A DNA stretch of 56,471 nucleotides from Bacteroidales bacterium. Its GTDB lineage: Bacteria; Bacteroidota; Bacteroidia; Bacteroidales; Paludibacteraceae. This document shows positions 52,916 through 56,471 of the stretch, in pieces. The first letter of the stretch is position 1; every line of letters starts with the position of its first letter. Below the pieces are notes generated by a model, which was given only the letters and a program-made list of their open reading frames with translations, made no database searches and was not told where the DNA came from. Location of the stretch: the NCBI GenBank assembly GCA_900766775.1, contig CAAFXN010000080.1, forward strand, positions 1-56,471, written 5' to 3'. Position numbers and translations under genes: made by a program.

Positions 52916-54601
52916 ATGAAACCGGAAACAAACATATCGCGCATAGCCGTTGTGGGTAGTCCGCAGAGCGGTAAGTCGGCTCTCACCGAGCGACTGCAAG
53001 CCATGATAGACGCGGCAGGGCTGTCGCTGCAACTGACCGAGATACACAACCTCGACGACCTCCATGCCCACAGTTTTGCCGTTATCTTGCAGGTGGTGGA
53101 CTGCATGCACTTGGAGCAGAGCCTTATGCTCACGCCGCACATCATCGATGAGCATGAGAAGATAGTGATGGCGTTCAACCGCTACGACCTCTTGCAACAG
53201 ACGGACCACTCGCTGGATATGCAACAGATGCGCACGCTCATCGGTGTGCCTTTGGAGTTGGTATCCGTGGAGACGGGCTTGGGTTTAGAGAGCGTCATCC
53301 GCCTGCTCGAAGAGACGGTGCACAAGCCGCTCTCTACCGCACACCCCATCTATCACCTGCGCGACCTCAAGGATGAAGACGCCTATGAGGCGTATGTGCA
53401 CGGTATCCTGACGCAATGTTTGCGCCACGCGAAGGACGACCAAGAGCAGACCACGCTGGAGAAAGTGGATAAGATACTGACCAACAAGTGGATAGGCTTC
53501 CCGCTGATGATACTCATCCTCTTCTTGGTCTTCCAATGCACGTTCAGCCTCGGCGCGTACCCGCAGGAGTGGATACAGATGGGGATTGACGCGCTCTGCG
53601 AATGGTGCTCTACGCTGATGCCTGCCGCGTGGTGGAGCAGTCTGCTCATCGACGGCGTGATACAAGGCGTAGGTGCCGTGCTCGCTTTCCTGCCGAACAT
53701 CATCATCATGTTCTTCTTCATCTCCCTGATGGAAGACAGCGGCTACATGGCGCGTATGGCATACCTCATGGATGGTATCATGCACCGCGTGGGCTTGCAC
53801 GGACGTTCGTTCATGCCTATGCTGGTTGGATTCGGCTGCAACGTGCCGGCTATCATGGCGGCGCACGACATCAAAGACCCGAAAGACCGCACCCTCACCA
53901 TGCTCATGGTACCTTTCATGTCCTGCTCCGCACGACTGCCGGTGTACATGCTCTTTGTGGATACGTTCTTTGCGAAATACAAAGCGCTGGTGATGCTCTC
54001 GATGTACGTAATCGGTATCGGGCTTTCCATCCTCTTTGCGCTTATCATGAAGCACACCAAATGGTTCCGCAAGCCGGCGGACGACAGCGTCAACGAGTTG
54101 CCCGCGTTCCGCATGCCCACATGGCGTGCCACGGGTGCACATATATGGGAGCGCGTGAAAGACTACTTGCAGAAGATTTCCACCGTCATCCTATGGGCGT
54201 CGGTTATCATCTGGGCATTAGAGTACTTCCCCACGCAGGACGTCAGCAATCTGGAGAACTCTTATTTAGCAATGATTGGCAAAGCCGTTGCACCTATATT
54301 GAGTCCGCTGGGCTTCGACTGGAAGATGTCTGTTTGCCTGCTGACGGGTCTGCCTGCCAAGGAGGCTATCGTCTCCACGATGGCGATACTCTACGGCGGC
54401 GATATCGCCACGGCGGCGTTCACGCCCGTTACAGCCTTCGGCTTCATGCTCTTCACCCTGCTTTACTTCCCCTGTATTGCTACTATCGCCACCCTGCGCC
54501 GCGAGGCGGGAAAAGGCTGGGCATGGTTCACCGTCTTCAACTCGCTCATCTTGGCATGGTTGGTGGCATTCTTAGTGAACCTCGTAGGCTCATTGTTCTA
54601 A
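52916..54601 (+). CDS. feoB: ferrous iron transporter FeoB-like protein with shortened G-domain
   Basis: G1 motif GSPQSGKS and G4-like NRYD. Gate/nucleoside-recognition membrane domain (FLPNIIIMFFFISLMEDSGYMARMAYLMDGIMHRVGLHGRSF..., LLYFPCIATIATLRRE). Confidence 0.85.
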   Translation: MKPETNISRIAVVGSPQSGKSALTERLQAMIDAAGLSLQLTEIHNLDDLHAHSFAVILQVVDCMHLEQSLMLTPHIIDEHEKIVMAFNRYDLLQQTDHSLDMQQMRTLIGVPLELVSVETGLGLESVIRLLEETVHKPLSTAHPIYHLRDLKDEDAYEAYVHGILTQCLRHAKDDQEQTTLEKVDKILTNKWIGFPLMILILFLVFQCTFSLGAYPQEWIQMGIDALCEWCSTLMPAAWWSSLLIDGVIQGVGAVLAFLPNIIIMFFFISLMEDSGYMARMAYLMDGIMHRVGLHGRSFMPMLVGFGCNVPAIMAAHDIKDPKDRTLTMLMVPFMSCSARLPVYMLFVDTFFAKYKALVMLSMYVIGIGLSILFALIMKHTKWFRKPADDSVNELPAFRMPTWRATGAHIWERVKDYLQKISTVILWASVIIWALEYFPTQDVSNLENSYLAMIGKAVAPILSPLGFDWKMSVCLLTGLPAKEAIVSTMAILYGGDIATAAFTPVTAFGFMLFTLLYFPCIATIATLRREAGKGWAWFTVFNSLILAWLVAFLVNLVGSLF

Positions 54602-54638
54602 AAACAAGGAAAAACTTGCATATTTGAAAAAAAAGCAG

Positions 54639-54646
54639 TACCTTTG
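54639..54646 (+). promoter_or_regulatory. -7 promoter box (TAccTTTG) for the RNA methyltransferase gene
   Basis: Exact TAnnTTTG. The heptad arrays lie between it and the start codon, so they are predicted to be transcribed as leader. Confidence 0.5.
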
Positions 54647-54667
54647 CAGGCGTTTTGGGGTGTTGAG

Positions 54668-54766
54668 AGTGGTTAGTGGGTAGTGGTTAGTGGGCAGTGG
54701 TTAGTGGGCAGTGGGCAGTGGTCAGAGCATGGGCACTCTTAATTCATAATTCATAATTCATAATTA
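54668..54766. repeat. bipartite heptad array: (AGTGGKY)x8, 15-bp spacer agagcatgggcactc, (WTAATTM)x4
   Basis: Units counted directly: 54668-54723, spacer 54724-54738, then 54739-54766. The start codon is at 54774. Confidence 0.9.
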
Positions 54767-54773
54767 AAAAACA

Positions 54774-56141
54774 GTGCTTCCTTTGGATTTCATAGACAGT
54801 ATGCGCAGGCAGTTAGGCGCCGAGGCGGACGATTTGTTTCGTGCGCTGGAGTCTGATGCGCCCACGAGCATACGCTTGAATACCAAGATGGATGTACTAA
54901 CCTTCCCCTGCGACACAGAGGAGGTGCCGTGGCATATTGATGGCTACTACCTCTCCGAGCGGGCGCCCTTCACCCTTGACCCCCTCTTCCACGCCGGCTG
55001 CTACTATGTGCAGGAGGCGAGTTCGATGTTTGTGCAGGAAGTCCTCGAGCAGTACGTGCCCCAAGACAGCATTGTGCTGGACCTGTGCGCAGCCCCGGGC
55101 GGTAAAAGCACACTCATCAGCGAGTATCTTGGCGAAAAAGGGCTGCTGCTGAGCAACGAAGTGGTGCGCCAACGCGTCTTCATCCTCTCCGAGAACATAC
55201 AGAAATGGGGCAACGGCAACACCGTCGTAACCCACAACACCCCCGCCGAGTACGGCGAGAAATGCGAGAGCATGTTCGATTGTATATTGGTGGACGCGCC
55301 CTGCTCCGGCGAGGGGATGTTCCGCAAAGACCCCGCCTCACGCGAAGAGTGGAGCCTCAAGAACGTGCGGATGTGCGCCGAGCGGCAACGCAGTATCTTG
55401 ATGGACGTGTGGGACGCGCTCAAGCCCGGCGGCATACTCATATACAGCACCTGCACTTTCAACCGCGAGGAGGATGAAAGCAACGCCGAGTGGATAGCCG
55501 ACTCGCTCGGAGCCGAAATACTACCGATAGAGTACGACAACACATGGGGCATCGTAGAAGGCACCGTCGGCTACCATTTCTACCCCCACCGCGCCAAGGG
55601 CGAAGGCTTCTATATTGCCGCCCTGCGCAAACACGGCGCATGGCCCGTCGGGCTCGCAGGCATACCCGCCAAAGCGCTCCGCACCGAGAAAAACAACAAG
55701 AAGAAGTCCCCCGCCTTCCCAGCGGAATACGAGAAAGAGATGCGCTCATGGCTGCAGCACCCCGACCACTGGGTAATACGGCAGAACGACCGTTTCGCCA
55801 CGGCATATCCCGTGAAGTTCAAGGACCTGATAGAGTACTTCGCCGCGCACTTCACCTGTATCTCCACAGGCTTCGGCTTGGGCGAGGAACGAGGCAAGCG
55901 TATCGCACCGCAGCACAGCCTCAGCATGGCGAAAGACCTGCGTCGCGAGGCATTCCCACAAGTGGAACTCACCCGCGAGCAGGCGCTCGACTACCTGCGC
56001 ACCGCTGCGCTCGTGCTGCCCAATGCTCCGATGGGTGTGTTGCTGTTGACCTATGAGAATGTCCCACTGGGCTTCGCAAAGAATGTAGGCAACCGCCTGA
56101 ACAACCTCTACCCCAACGAGTGGCGCATCCGCTACCAATAA
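54774..56141 (+). CDS. NOL1/NOP2/Sun family RNA cytosine-C5 methyltransferase (RsmF/RsmB-like)
   Basis: SAM-binding and catalytic motifs LDLCAAPGGKST and DAPCSGEGMFRKDP, then TCTFNREEDE. The start is a GTG at 54774; the in-frame ATG at 54801 is the alternative. Confidence 0.88.
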   Translation: MLPLDFIDSMRRQLGAEADDLFRALESDAPTSIRLNTKMDVLTFPCDTEEVPWHIDGYYLSERAPFTLDPLFHAGCYYVQEASSMFVQEVLEQYVPQDSIVLDLCAAPGGKSTLISEYLGEKGLLLSNEVVRQRVFILSENIQKWGNGNTVVTHNTPAEYGEKCESMFDCILVDAPCSGEGMFRKDPASREEWSLKNVRMCAERQRSILMDVWDALKPGGILIYSTCTFNREEDESNAEWIADSLGAEILPIEYDNTWGIVEGTVGYHFYPHRAKGEGFYIAALRKHGAWPVGLAGIPAKALRTEKNNKKKSPAFPAEYEKEMRSWLQHPDHWVIRQNDRFATAYPVKFKDLIEYFAAHFTCISTGFGLGEERGKRIAPQHSLSMAKDLRREAFPQVELTREQALDYLRTAALVLPNAPMGVLLLTYENVPLGFAKNVGNRLNNLYPNEWRIRYQ

Positions 56142-56171
56142 GCCGCACACATACATCGCCAATACGAAAGC

Positions 56172-56206
56172 GGGCTGCCTACCAATCGAGTTAGGCAGCC
56201 CTTTTT
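56172..56206 (+). terminator. intrinsic terminator after the methyltransferase gene
   Basis: gggctgcct / aggcagccc stem followed by ttttt. Confidence 0.65.
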
Positions 56207-56240
56207 GCCAGGGGGGAAGGAGGAGGCTGGGCGTGGGGTG

Positions 56241-56358
56241 AATCTTAATAATCGTACCTTTTTGGGGTGGTGAGGACATGCCTTCGACCCACGGGAGACC
56301 CGCGGGAGACCCGCGAAAAACACACGGGGAGGTCAGAACGGGGAAATCTTAATAATCG
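56241..56358. repeat. composite element: aatcttaataatcg direct repeats flanking (GACCCRCGGGA)x3, second copy
   Basis: Boxes at 56241-56254 and 56345-56358, with the 11-bp array at 56286-56318. The layout matches 17895-18023. Confidence 0.7.
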
Positions 56359-56471
56359 TTGTATATTAAAAATTTTAGTTGTATCTTTGCAGTCGATTTA
56401 CATCTTTAGGTATGGAGTAAGGCCGAATAATCGTTGGTAGCGAAAACCTTACAGTACATTTTGCCCCCATA
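56342..56471 (+). repeat. about 128-bp promoter-bearing dispersed element, copy B (runs to the window edge)
   Basis: Near-identical to 4802-4930, with a TAtcTTTG box at 56382-56389. Confidence 0.6.

Overview
This 56.5-kb chromosomal segment reads as Bacteroidota, probably Prevotella-like. That placement is an inference from TAnnTTTG -7 promoter boxes, the absence of Shine-Dalgarno sequences, and many secreted proteins with T9SS-type C-terminal tails. I call about 26 protein genes and one tRNA(CAU).

Housekeeping genes: glyQS, pepD, queG, a MarC-family gene, efp, maf, a UbiA-family gene, a GH13 amylase, ackA-pta, OmpA/LysM, bcp, feoB and an RNA m5C methyltransferase.

They surround two accessory blocks:
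- Block 1 (4973-26219): four co-directional minus-strand genes totalling 6,924 aa. Three are giant multidomain secreted proteins (2494, 1488 and 2746 aa). The fourth is a 196-aa protein with a sorting-signal-like C-terminus. One giant protein starts with a cohesin-like module and its upstream neighbour carries a dockerin-like module. This is my best candidate for an undescribed surface assembly.
- Block 2 (33416-42061): an LRR protein, an S8 peptidase and a 679-aa protein, all with secretion tails.

Four of the seven tailed proteins share a roughly 25-aa C-terminal motif that is much shorter than a canonical T9SS C-terminal domain.

At the DNA level, almost every intergenic region is built from short tandem arrays with units of 7, 11, 14, 18, 44, about 64 and about 223 bp. 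There are also several dispersed palindromic element families. One element sits in frame inside maf with a 5-bp duplication. A GxxExxY nuclease-fold gene is bracketed by roughly 115-bp inverted repeats. No transposase, integrase, CRISPR array, rRNA or SusC/SusD genes are visible. All domain calls come from reading motifs by eye; no searches were run.
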